Positions 1 through 13,075 of a stretch of 64,000 nt of DNA are shown piece after piece (the stretch's first letter is position 1; every line of letters begins with the position of its first letter). The stretch lies in the NCBI RefSeq assembly GCF_009914755.1, contig NC_060940.1. The stretch is one strand, 5' to 3'. Under the pieces are notes generated by a model, which was not told where the DNA came from, made no database searches, and saw only the letters and a list, made by a program, of their open reading frames with translations. Both the position numbers and the translations under genes were made by a program. Source of the DNA: the human T2T-CHM13v2.0 reference genome, Homo sapiens.

Positions 1-2654
1 GGTTAGTCTTTAAAATGTGGGAATAAAAAATGATTTTGTTCAAAAAAACTCAAAATTTTACTGCTATTTGGACATCTGGTTCTGACTAATACGGGGTAAC
101 AGGAATGGGGATTTACCCTCCTGCTGCTGTAAACTACTAGAAAACTGGATGAAGTGTTCAGAGCATCATGTTCAGACATTGGACAACAGATAGCTCAAGA
201 CTGTGATCCCTGCGAGAAAGGACACAAGTGTCCCATGGAGGTGCCAGCTCACTGTAATGAGGGGAGAGGAGATCAAGGTGACCATCTCACTGAGTAGAGG
301 AGATAGAAATGAGTTCAGGGAGGGCAAATAGCAAGAACCAGAGGGCAGAGTACTGGAGAGGAAAGCACTGCCCAAAGAGAGCGCCAGAGGTCTGCAGAGA
401 GGGCCCCTGGGGTTTTGGCTAAGCGTTGATCTGTGTGTGCGTGTGAAGAAACTGCTGAAGGCTGGGGAAACACCCACCCGAAAGGAGCAGGCAGAACAAT
501 ACTTGGAGCTCACACAGGGTGGGGGACGGTTTGTGTTCCCACCAGCCAGGATGGAAAGACTATATAATATGAAAATCCTCAGAAGAGTGTTGCCTGAGAA
601 ATGGTGGTAAATTAGCCATAGCCTAAGGCTGTTTTGGACCCACCCTGACAACATTTAAAAGCAAGCCTCAGAAAGATCGAACTGATTCCAAATAACTTCA
701 TTGCACATAAAGTCCAACGCTATTCAAAGGAGTACAACAAAAGCCAGAAATCAACAATGAATTTTCACGATGTCTGGCATTTGGTCAAAAATAAGAAGAT
801 ATGCAAAAAATTAAGATCCATAATTGGAGGTGGGAGTGGGAATCAATCATAAGTGACAGATGATGGAATTCACAGACAAGGATGCTAAACAGCTATTAAA
901 AATGTTTTCCATGTGTTCAAGAAGGAGGAAGAAAACATGGTCATGTAAGGAGAGAAATTAAGCATATAAAAGGTCACAAGCGAAACTTTTAGAGATAGAA
1001 ATTTAATACCTGAAATGAAAAATACACTGGATGGGATTCACAGAATAGAAGAAAAGATCATTGAGTCTGAAGCTAGAGAAACTATAGCTATAGCTATAGA
1101 AACTGTTCGAATCAAAGCAGAGAAAAAAGTCTTAAAAAACAAAAACAAAAACAGGACACTGGTGACCTGTGGGATAATATCAAAGCATCGTGTCTGTGTG
1201 TAACTGGAGATCTAGAAAGAGAAGAGAGGCAGGGACGGAAAAATGTTTTGAAGAAATAATGGCCAAACGTTTTTTGAATTTGTTGGAAAGTATAAACCCA
1301 CAGATCTAAGAAGCTTGATAAATCCCATGTAGAATAAATACCAAAAGAGCCACATCAAGGCATGTTATAAACAAATTTCTGAAAGCCAGTGATAAAGAGA
1401 AATCTTAGAAGCAGCCAGATAAGAAAAAACATATTATGTATAGAGGAAGAAAATATGAGAGACAGCAGATCTCTTGACAGAAACCATGCAAGCCAGAAGG
1501 CCATGGGAAGACATCTGTAATATGCTAAGGAGGCGGTTGGTGGGGAGAACCTGCCAAGAATGATTTTTTTAACTCAGTAAAAATATCATTCAAAATTGGA
1601 GATAATGACTATTTTATACAAATAAAAACTGATGGAATTCATTGTCAGCAAATCTGTTCTACAAGAAATGTTAAAGGCTTCCTTCAACATTTCTTTATTT
1701 TTCTTCTTTCAGCAGAAGAAAAATAATTCCAGATGGAAATTTAGAGTGACACAAATCAGTGAAGAGTAATTACAGAGATAAATGCAAAAGATAGATAAAC
1801 GCATTTTCCTCAATAATTCACTGTTTAAAACAATTTATTTTGGGGTTTATAGTATATGTGGAAGTAAAATCTATGACAATAATAGCACAAAGAATGAGGG
1901 TTGGGGGAATGGAAGTACACCACTCAGTGATTCCTACACTCTATGTGAAGTGGAACAATATCATTTGAAAGTAGACTGTGATAAGTCAAAATACATATTA
2001 TAAACTCTAGAACATTCAATAAAAATTAAAAATTAAGGGATAGCTAATAATTCAATAGTAGGATAAAAGAGAATCATTAAAAATAAGACCCTCGATTAAT
2101 CTAAAAGAAGGCATGAAAAAAGGAAAGAAGAAAGAAAGAACAGATGGAGGCAAATAGAAAACAAATAGCAAGAAGATAAATTTAAATCAAACATAATCAA
2201 TAATTACATTAAATGTAAATTATCTAACCTCCAAATTATGAACAACAATTGTAAGATACAGTAAAGAAGGAAGACCGAAGTATATGTTGCCTACAAGAAA
2301 TGCAATTTAAATAAGAAGCACAAGTAGGTTAAAAGTAAGAGGGTAGAAAAAAGATATATCATGCTAACACTAATCAATAGAAAGATAGAGTGGCTCTATT
2401 AATGGCAAACAAAAGAGATTTGCTAGCAAAGCATATTAGTGGAGATAAAGACAGTTATTTCCTAATGATCAAGGTGTCAGTTCATGAAGGGGACACAAAA
2501 TCCTAAATATGTACATTCTTAATTACAACTTCAACTTACATGAAGCAAAACTTGATAGAACTGAACAGAAAAATAGAAAAATTCAAAATTATAGCTGGAG
2601 GCTTCAGTACCCCTGTATCAGATCAGTCAGAGTGTAACCAGAGGAGCAGAATTT

Positions 2655-2661
2655 GTCTGTC

Positions 2662-2720
<59 letters not shown>

Positions 2721-2729
2721 ATCTATCTG
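2655..2729. repeat. (TCTG)n(TCTA)n compound tetranucleotide STR
   Basis: Directly visible. Confidence 0.95.
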
Positions 2730-3146
2730 TAGTTGATCCTTGAACAACATGGGTTTGAACTGCAGGGTCCACTTATAGGTGGATTTCCTCCCACCTCTTC
2801 CAGCCCTGATACAGCAAGATTAGTCCCCTCTTCTTCCTCCTCTGCCTCAGCCTACCCAGTGTGAAGATAATGAGGATGATGACCTTTACAATGATCTACT
2901 TCCACTTTACCAATAGTAAATATATTTTCTCTTCCTTATGGTTATAATATTTTTCTCTAGCTTTATTGTAAGAATACAGTATATAATACACATACAAAAT
3001 ATGTATTAATAACTATTTCTGTTATTGGTAAGGCTACTGGTCAACAGTAGGCTATTCGTAGTTTCTGGGGAGTCAAAAGTTATTTGCAGATTTCCAATTG
3101 TGCAAACATTGGCGCCACAACCTCTGCATTATTCTAGGGTCAACCG
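2730..3146 (+). mobile_element. Tigger2a/MER28-like TcMar-Tigger DNA transposon relic
   Basis: Termini 'agttgatccttgaacaacatggg' and 'cattattctagggtcaaccg' match the Tigger2 TIR (CAGTTGACCCTTGAACAAC); internal 'gaagataatgaggatgatgaccttta' is typical. Confidence 0.8.
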
Positions 3147-5856
3147 TGTGTGTGTGTGTAAATGAAATTGGCTAATGTAATTGTGAGGGCTGTCTGCAAG
3201 TGTGAACATGGGCTGACATGACACAGACACAAGCTGGAGCTGTTGTTCATAGGAGAAATTTCTTCTTTCCTTTGGGAAAGGCTTACTGAGCTTTTAAGAT
3301 CTTCCGACTGATTCAGTCAGGCCCTGCCAGGATAATCTCCCCTACTTAACATGGACTGATTATAGACTGTAGTGACACCTGCAAAATCCCCGCACAGCAG
3401 CACCTAGAATAGATTTAGATTGGGTAACTGGGACTGTAACCTCACCAACAGACACATCAGAAAGTCATCAGAGCCCTCTCTCAACAACTGATAGAATAAG
3501 CAGACAGAAAGTCAGTAACATGTGGAAGACCTGAAGAACGTTACCAATCAGCTTTACTTAATTGGCACTTACAGAAAATTCCCTCTAACCACAAAATAAA
3601 CATGGAACATTCATCAAAGTGGACTATATTCTGGGCCATGAAATAGATACCACTAAATTTAAGAAGATTAAAATCATACAATATATGTTTTCTGACCACA
3701 AGAGGATTAATTTAACTAGTTATCAGTAACAGAAAGATGTCTGGAGACTACCTAAATATTTGAAATTAAACAACACACTTCTAAATAACTCATGTTTCAA
3801 AGAAGAAATCACTAAGAAAATTAAAAAATATTTGGAACTGCGTGAAAACGGAAATGCAATCCATCACACTGTATAGAGTCCAGTTAAAGCCGCACTTCAG
3901 AGGGAAATGTATAGCATTCAATGCTTATGTTAGAAGAGAAAAAAGGTCCCAAATCAATTATCACCTTGAGAAACTAGAGAAAGAAGAGCAAATTAAACTC
4001 AACAACCCAGAAAGGAGAAGAGAAGAAAAGGAAGAATCAGTAAAACAGAAACAGAGGAAATCCGTTTCACTGGTCCTTTTAATTCTGGAGTTGGAGGACA
4101 CTGCCCTGATCTATATGATGATCTAGGAATTATCCTACCTTAATCTGTACGATTATCCTTCCTAAGTCATAGATGACAAATAGGCTCAGAAACACCAGGT
4201 GGCTAGTGTGTGGTGAAGCTGACTCAAACACAGGCCCTCTTGCTTGTAGAAGTTCCCACCTGCTTCCTGCCACCCCAGGGCTACTCCACTCCCAGAGGGC
4301 TGGGGGGTCTCAGCCTGATGGCCTGAGGACGTCTGGCACCCTGCACCCACCGAAGCTCATAAAATGCTTCCATTAGATGGGGATCCTGAGTTATTAGTAC
4401 CAGACTGCACGGAGCTCACAAGTTCCAGCCTTCTGTCCATCATCACGCAGGGCCTCCTGCTCTCCACCCTGGGATGCTTTTGTCTTGGGAGATGCCAGAG
4501 TGAGCTGACATCACTGGCGCTGCTCCTTGAGGCCATCCACCCAGAGATGTGCAGTGCAGAGAACATGATGGATTGGACCTGGGCCTGGGGGAGCTGGCTG
4601 GGACACCCGTGTGCTTTCCATCAACATTTCAGAGGCGTCAAAGAAGGAGATTTGTTCTGCAGTGCCAAGGAGCTTGGCCAGGCCATGCCTCCAGCCCCTG
4701 CCAGGAGCTTCTCCACTAGGGCGTTGGATAGCAGAGACGCAATGGCGGCCTCCACACACCACCCTCTCTCCCATGAAATTAAAGAGCTGCTACAAGAAGT
4801 CTCAATCTTGAAACTCTAAGAAATATGAAAAAAAAAATGAAGGTGGGGAAGTTGTTATCATGATGACCGTGTGTTTGTCCTTGGCAGGTTGCTACGCTGC
4901 CTGTGGTGGGTCGGCCCGTGGCCTGCCGGCCCACATACAGCCCCGGCCCCTGCCACAACCCCCAACGCCCAGCGCAGCTTCTGGCTCACTCATCTGCTTT
5001 GCAGTAAGTTTGGGTCAAAAGAGGCCTTGAGAGGAGAGACAACCCAACCAGAACAGATGCAGCACGGAACACGTACGGGATCGTAAATGCAGAAACGACA
5101 GATTCTTCCATCCCACCTTGAAAGTTTTGGCAAGGTGGGGCGTAGCTCGTGTGTCTGTGACCCGTGGCAGGGAAGCCTCATCCGGGAATGGGATGGGCTT
5201 TTCCCAGGTCATAGAAACCTCGAGGCAAAGGAGAAGGCACCCGTGCACGTCTCTGGTGACTGACAGGTGATAATGTTTGACTGACAGGTGATAATGTTTG
5301 TTTGACTGGAGCAGAAACATTTCTGGACTAATTCACCCCTTCGCTCATCTGGATAGAAAAAGAGGGGCGTGCCGGGCAGGGAGAGAGTGAGAACACAGAA
5401 GCAGATCAAGGGGACCCGAGCTGAACTCATGTGCCAAACTATACACACCGCGGGCCTGACTTTCACTACGCAAATGCAAGGTTGAATTAGGCACAGCAAA
5501 TTCAAATGCTATTTATTGAAGGCTGGAGGTGTCCAGGCTCTTGCGGCTTGTGGAATGCTCCCCTCTTCCCCACCCTGCTCCCCACTCTCCCAGTCCTCAT
5601 CCCCCACTGGCAAATGAACTTGCGTTTCCTTCCATGCAAGTCCACTGAAATCAGGATATGTTATATTTGAAGCGACATGTTCTAAAGTTACTCGGAAAGA
5701 AAAAGGTATCAGTTTTCCATCAAGGCACTTCCCATCTCAGACGTGGTCCTGGGGATGTGCCCCTGACACCGAAACCAGCAGACCCTGCCTGTGGCTCCCC
5801 GGCCAAGACCAGGCACAGCCAAGGCTTGGCTTGGCTTTTCTGTTGCATCAGAGTGA

Positions 5857-6219
<363 letters not shown>

Positions 6220-7042
6220 TGAGGCGGTGTTGACTCTTGCAATCCGTAGCTTTGAGAGCTCCCCATCCGAATCTCAGGCACATTTGACTTTTTCACTCTC
6301 ATAGGAGTGATCTCCTTAGTCCATCGATCAAACTGCTGAGAGCAGGCCATGGCCTGCCTGCTGTCATGGCCCATGAAGCAGAATTGGAGATGAGAGGGGA
6401 GGACCTGGGCTGGAGAGTGGGCAGGAGGAGATCCTGCAAACAGGGAACTGAGAGAGGGGAGGGAGGAGGAGGGTTTGAGAGTGGGGAGGGGAGCTGGGGG
6501 TGCTCCCTGACGACCGGGAGGAGAGGAAGGAGGGGAGCTGCAGGCTATGAACGGGGCTGCAGGTTATGAATGGGGCACTCCGGCGTTCTGAGAACTGAGC
6601 ACTCCGACGTTCTGAGAACTGGGCACAGGGGCACCAGGCCCTAAGTGAGTTCTGCTCCGGGGTGGCCGGGCCCATCCCGAGAGCACTGACGTCCAACAGG
6701 AGTGTCGCTGCCCACCGCCTCCCACAAGAGGACACTTCGATTTGCCAGAGAAGGGCAGAGTGGGAGATGACTTTTTCTCAGCATCTTGCCTCGTTTTCCT
6801 CTTCCCAGAGGTTTGTTTTTAAGGAAGTTTAAGCTTGCTGCACTGGAAAAGCAAAAAACAATATTTTGTAAAATAAATATTTGTTTTGTGCAGACTTGGG
6901 CCTTCCCACATATTGGTTTTTCTTGAAGAGGAGACACAACCACAGCAGGGGTGAGGAGAAGAGAGACGCAGTCACTCACTCATTCAGGAATAATCTTTGA
7001 GTTGAAACTGCAGTCTCCTCTTGGCCAAAGGGAGGGTGCTGA

Positions 7043-7106
7043 CCACCTTCACCTGGAGGCCGCCTTCACCTGGAGGCCGCCCACCACCTTCACCTGGAGG
7101 CCGCCC
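7043..7106. repeat. Short tandem repeat, three copies of ccttcacctggaggccg
   Basis: Directly visible. Confidence 0.9.
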
Positions 7107-7293
7107 TTGCTCTTTCAGGATCCTCTTTCATGGGTTTCTGCAGAGCCACTGGGTCAGAGCACATATGTGGGCCATGAGGACTTTTCCTTTGCACCCCAAC
7201 ACATCTCTACCCGTCCTCCCTGCACCCCCAACCCGAAGACGGGCGTGTGATCCTGTGGGTGGGTGCGTGGTCCGTGTGTGTAATTTTGTCCGG

Positions 7294-7891
7294 AGCAGTC
7301 ATTCTCGGAGTGGGCCCCAGACCCGCAGTGTAAGCATTGCCTGGTGCTGTGGTTTGGACGTGTGTCCCCTCCACATCTCATGTTGAAATGTATCCCCAGT
7401 GTTGGAGTGAGGCCTACGGGCAGGGGTTTGGGTCAAGGGTCAGGTCCCTCAGGAATGGCTTCCTGCCGACCCCACCTGGCAGTCATGAACGAGCCCTTGC
7501 TCAATTAGTTCCTGCGTGAGCCAGGTGTTAAAAGAGCGTGGCCCCTCCCTCCCTTTGGCTTCCTCTCCCACTGTGCCCTCTGCACACATGGCTCCCCTTC
7601 ACCCTCCACCCTAAGCAGGAGCAGCCGGAGGCCCCACCAGAAGCAGATTCTGTTGCCAGGCTTCTTGTACAGCCTGCAGAACTGTGAGCCAAAGAAACCA
7701 CTTTTCTTTAGAAATTGCCCGGCCCCAGGTGTCCCTTGATAGCCACACAAATGTTCACCTGTGAACTTGCTATAAATTCAGATTCTCAGGCCCCACCCAG
7801 ACCTGCTGAGTCAGAAACTCCAGCAGGGGCCTGGAAGTCTGCCTTTTACCAGGAACCTGTGTGATTCCCATACAGAGTTTGAGAACCTCTG
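7294..7891. mobile_element. MER5A-like hAT-Charlie MITE split by an MST LTR
   Basis: 'cagtcattctc...cagacccgcag...agcattgcctgg' before the LTR and 'gaacttgctataaattcagattctcaggccccacccagacctgctgagtcagaaactc...tttgagaacctctgg' after it. Confidence 0.7.
7345..7757 (+). mobile_element. MSTB-like MaLR solo LTR
   Basis: Begins tgctgtggtttggacgtgtgtcccctcc; contains 'cttgtacagcctgcagaactgtgagccaaa'; candidate 5-bp TSD cctgg/cctgt. Confidence 0.85.
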
Positions 7892-8254
7892 GTCTCTGGA
7901 ACTGCATGCTTCAAATGGGTGCATTTTATGTATGTGGATTATATCTTTAAAAAGATATCAAAAGACAGAAAGATAATTGGCTACCTGAAGCAAAGACGGG
8001 AAAAGTGTATTGTGGGGTTTGTAACATGCAGAAGCAAATCTGTGGTAACAACAGTACCAAGTATGGGAGGGAGGAAGTACAGACCTTGCTGTCAGGTTAC
8101 TACATGTATGTGAAGTGGTAGAATATTGTGTAATGGCAGACTGAGAAGCTACAGCTGTAACTTTATCATAAGCCCTACTGCAACCATGAACAGCTACACT
8201 AAGAGGTATAACAAGGCAATAGTGAAGATAAAATGAAATAATAAAAAATACTCA

Positions 8255-8329
8255 GCAGCTCTGCCTATGGAGTAGCCATTCTTTTATTCCTTCACTTTCT
8301 TAATAAATTGGCTTTCACTTTAAAAAAAA
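8255..8329 (+). mobile_element. Short MER41-like (ERV1) LTR 3' fragment ending in AATAAA and an A tail
   Basis: 'gctctgcctatggagtagccattcttttattccttcactttcttaataaattggctttcacttt' followed by A8. Confidence 0.7.
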
Positions 8330-8609
8330 GTACTTGATCCAATAGAAGGAAGAAAAAAGGAAAAATTATTTAAAAAGAACAGACGAGACAAATACAAAAT
8401 AAATGTCAAGGTGGTAGATTTAAATTCAACTTCCCAATAAAAATATCCAGATTTTTAGGTTGGGTAGATATAAAAACAAGATCCAACTCTATGCTGTCTA
8501 CAAAAGAAAAAAAAAATAACATAAAAACATAAGTGGATTGAAGGTAAGGGACAGAAATAGTTATATTCTGAACTATTAAAAGAAAGCTGGGGCGGAGATG
8601 TTAGTATCA

Positions 8610-9077
<468 letters not shown>

Positions 9078-9244
9078 TCACAAAGTAAAGAAGAAATAGA
9101 AAAATCCCTGAGTATCGTTGGAAACTTCAATACTCCTCCAATACTCCTCTCTGTAAGCTATAGAAGAAGTAGACAGGAAACCAGTAAGGATGTAGAACCC
9201 TGAATCACAATATCATCCAAATTGATTGATTTGACATTTATTAA

Positions 9245-9573
<329 letters not shown>

Positions 9574-12454
9574 AGAATACACACTTTTTTACAAATGCAC
9601 ATGGAGCATTCACCAAGATAGACCATATTCCAGGCCGTAAAACAGATCTCAACAAATTTTAAAAAGTGAAGTTATGCGAAATATGTGGCCACAACAGAAT
9701 TAAGCCAGAAATTAATAGTATGTCTCTTCAAATATTTGGAAGTTAAAGAACATATTTTAAAATGACTCATAGATCAAAAAATCCAAAGAGAAATTAGAAA
9801 AAAAATTAATTGAGCAAAAAGGAAAATACATATGACAATTTGTAGGTGCTGGCAAGGCAGTGCTTGGAAGAACATTTATAGCATTAAATGTATATATGTG
9901 AAAAGAAGAAAGTTCTCCAATCAGTAATCTAAGCTTCTACCCTTAAAAGCCTAGAAAAGGAAGAGCACAATAAATTCAAAGTAAGGAAAAGAAAGAATAT
10001 GATAATGATCGAAGCAGAAAGACTGGAAACAAAGTCAGAATGTCACTCTCATCACTCTTATTAACACTGTGCTAGAGGTTCTGGCCGCTGAAATAAAGCC
10101 AGGAAAAGAAGTGAAAGGCATGCAGATTGGAAATAAGACATAAAATTGCCTTTATATGCACTCAACATGATCATCGATGTAGAAAATCCTAAACAATCTA
10201 CCAGAAAATGTGTAAGAGCTTATACATTTAGCAAAGTTGCTGGACATAAGGTTAATGTATGAAAACCAATTGTATTTCCATATACTAGCAGTGGACAATA
10301 GGAAATTGAATTTAAAAACAATATTCACCGTAACATCACAAACATGAAATACTTAATGATAAATCTTACAAAATATGTGCAAAATTTGTTTACTTAAAAC
10401 TATAAGATGTTGATGAGAAAAAATACAAGAAGACCTAAAGAAATGGAGAGATGTACCATGTTCATGGATTTGAGGACTCAGTATTGTTAAGATGTAAATC
10501 CCTGCAAACTGAGCTATAGATCCAATGGAATCACAATCAAAGTCTCATCAGACTTTTTTTTTTCTTTTAGAAACTGCAAGCTAATTCTAAACTTATATGA
10601 AAATTAAAAGGCACTTAAATAACTCACACAACTTTGAAAGAGAAAATCTTCCAAATCTTCTTTGGAAGCTTCACACTTGATTTTTGCAAGAGGTACAATA
10701 ATGCCACTGTAATCAAAACAGTGTGATATTGTCATAAGGACAAACAAGTCGGTCAACAAAACAAAATAGAGTCTTGGAAATAAACGCATGTATATATGGT
10801 CAATAGATCTTTTTCAACAAAGTGCCCACATAACTTGATGGGATAAAGATACTCTTTCCAACAAATGGTTCTGGAATAGCTGGACATAAGTCTCCAAAAA
10901 CAGAGAAATGAATCTCAACTTATACCTTACATTAAATACAAAATCTAAATCACAATGGTTGTAGACCTAAAGGTAAAATTTAAAACCGTAAAACATCTAG
11001 AAGAAAACAAAAAACTGCTTTGTGAGAATTTGATAGTCAAAGATTCTTAGATAGGATACAAAAACATAACCCTAAAAGAAAAAACTGACAAACTGAACTT
11101 TATCCAAATCAAAAGCCTCTGCTCTTTAAAGACATACTTAAGAGAATGAAGAGACAAACCACAGACTAGAAGAAATTATTTACAAAACACATTTCTGACA
11201 GGGGACTTGTACCCACAATATTTAACTCTTATAACTCAATACTAAGAAGACAAATATAATCCACTAAAAAGTAGGTAAAAGATTGGAAATAACCCATGAA
11301 ATAATACCTAAGATGTTTAACATCACTAGTCATGAGGGAAATTAACATTGAAAGCATTATGAATCACCACTGCCAGGTGCTGATGAAAATGCCGCGTGCC
11401 TGGAGTCGCGGGCGTTGCTGGCGGGGGTGGAAAACGGGGCTGCCATTTGGAAGATAGTTGAGCTGATGAGTTGAACGTACCCTTAACATGGGCTCCAGCA
11501 ATCCCACTCTCAAAAGAAATAAAACTGCACGTCCCCACCAAACCTGCACGCAAATGTCTAAAGTGGCTTCACTCACAACAGCCCACATGCCCATCCACAG
11601 GTGAACCCGTGAGCAACTGTGTACCTCCACCTGTCCCACAACCTACAGCTCAGCAGCACCAAGGGCGGGACGCTGGTGCCACCACACGGGTCCCGCGAAG
11701 CCTGCTGCGAAGTGAAGGAAGCCAGACACAAAAGTCTCCATCCTGTGGGAGTCACTCACAGGACAATTCTGGAGGATGCAAAGCTGTAGGACCGAGGAGA
11801 GACAGGTGGTGGTTGGAGGCCGGGAAGGGGCCTGACTGCAGAGGGGCAAAATGTGGGCTGCCTCTGTCGGGGCAGAAGTGCCCCACTCTGGACACTTACC
11901 AAGTCGTCGGCTGTGCATCGAAAAGGGGTGAGCCTTATGTGTGTACGTGATACCGCAATAAACCTGACTTGTAAAAGCAGCATGTGAAGTCATCAGCCCA
12001 GGACCCGGCCACAGGAGGGGGCGCACGGTGAAAAGGAGACCCTGCTGGGCCCACCTTGCCCGGTGGGTGGGACAGGGAAGCGTCCCTGGAGAAGGCGGCC
12101 CATGGGCTTGGGGGAGGGAGGTCCTGTAGGGAGTGGGGAGAGCCACTCGCGTCTTCCTGGGGCTCTTCCTTGCCACCCCAGCCCTTTCCCAGCTTTCTGT
12201 TCCTACCGGGAAGGAGGAACGCAGAGGTGCCGGAGTCTCCGGCACTTTGAGGCGGGCAGAAGTGGAAGCTTGAAGTGGGCATAGATTTGCCCCTCCCCTG
12301 CCCGGGCTGGGATCTGCACTGTGGCCCCCGTGTAAACAGACGAGACGACCCTCACATCCCAGGGAGAGCCTCACGTGGCTGGGACTGATTCTAGAGCCCC
12401 TAACTCAGCTCCGTGCCAGGGAAGACCGATCACCACAGGCCGAATTCCGGGGTC

Positions 12455-13075
12455 ACGGCAGCTTGGCACCCAGCCTGGCAGTGTGGGGCTTGGGGCCACC
12501 AGAGCCTCCAGGGACAGGAGGGCACAGCAGTGCAGCCCCTGCTAACCTTGGCAAGCAGGAGGGCGCCGTGATTAAACGTATGATTTCTGCCACCTCCAAA
12601 GCCGCAGCCAATGAGAAGGCTATTTTAGCAAAACTGGAAAGAAAAATGCAATTTTTCTTGGCCACATCGTCTTCGTTTCCTCTGCTCCTGGCGTTCGGTT
12701 TGTTTGTCTCTTCTCACTACTGAGAGGCAGTTTTGCCAGCCTGTGCCTCCCGCCGGCTGTGGCTCGAGGTGTGGACGCCCGCGCCACCTTCCCGTTCCCG
12801 TTTCAGGGGGGAAGCTGCAGAGTTCTGGAGCTGTGAGTAGCACCGCTGTCGCCGCAAAGCAGAACCCCCAGTGATTAGGGACGCTCCACGGACTTCACGG
12901 CTGCGCGGCCGGCATCACGGGCTGCTGTTGCTCCAGCGTGTTGGGACGTGCGAGAGGCATTTACGACCTCAGCGACACATTCCCTCAACCTCGTCACGCT
13001 GCAAGTGCTGCCAGGGTGTGTTCAGGGGACACTCCCTCTCGGGCTGGCTTGTGCGGGGACACGTGCGTGCACAGA
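12455..13075. promoter_or_regulatory. Candidate cis-regulatory element (CpG-enriched; CCAAT box, NFI-like sites)
   Basis: AGCCAATGAG at 12606, TTGGCACCCAGCC at 12463, TTGGCA at 12548, TGGAAA at 12635, followed by CpG-rich sequence; no recognisable repeat. Motif-only evidence. Confidence 0.35.

Larger units (their letters stand above)
2614..3472 (-). mobile_element. MLT2-type (ERVL) solo LTR nested in L1
   Basis: Starts tgtatcag...cagaggagcagaa followed by an internal microsatellite; resumes 'aaattggctaatgtaattgtgagggctg' after the Tigger; L1 sequence resumes at ~3473. Confidence 0.65.
60..4050 (+). mobile_element. Old L1M LINE-1 5' portion (5'UTR, decayed ORF1, inter-ORF, start of ORF2 endonuclease), interrupted by an MLT2 LTR
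   Basis: A-rich sense strand with L1-like decayed segments (ORF1-like 'MKNTLDGIHRIEEKI' at 1015; 'tgttgcctacaagaaa' at 2285; 'catggaacattcatcaaagtggactatattctgggccat' at 3601). No intact frame; boundaries approximate. Confidence 0.8.

Noticed and set aside
1082-1099. (CTATAG)3 perfect 18-bp palindrome
   Set aside because: Slippage of a palindromic hexamer inside decayed L1; too short to imply function.
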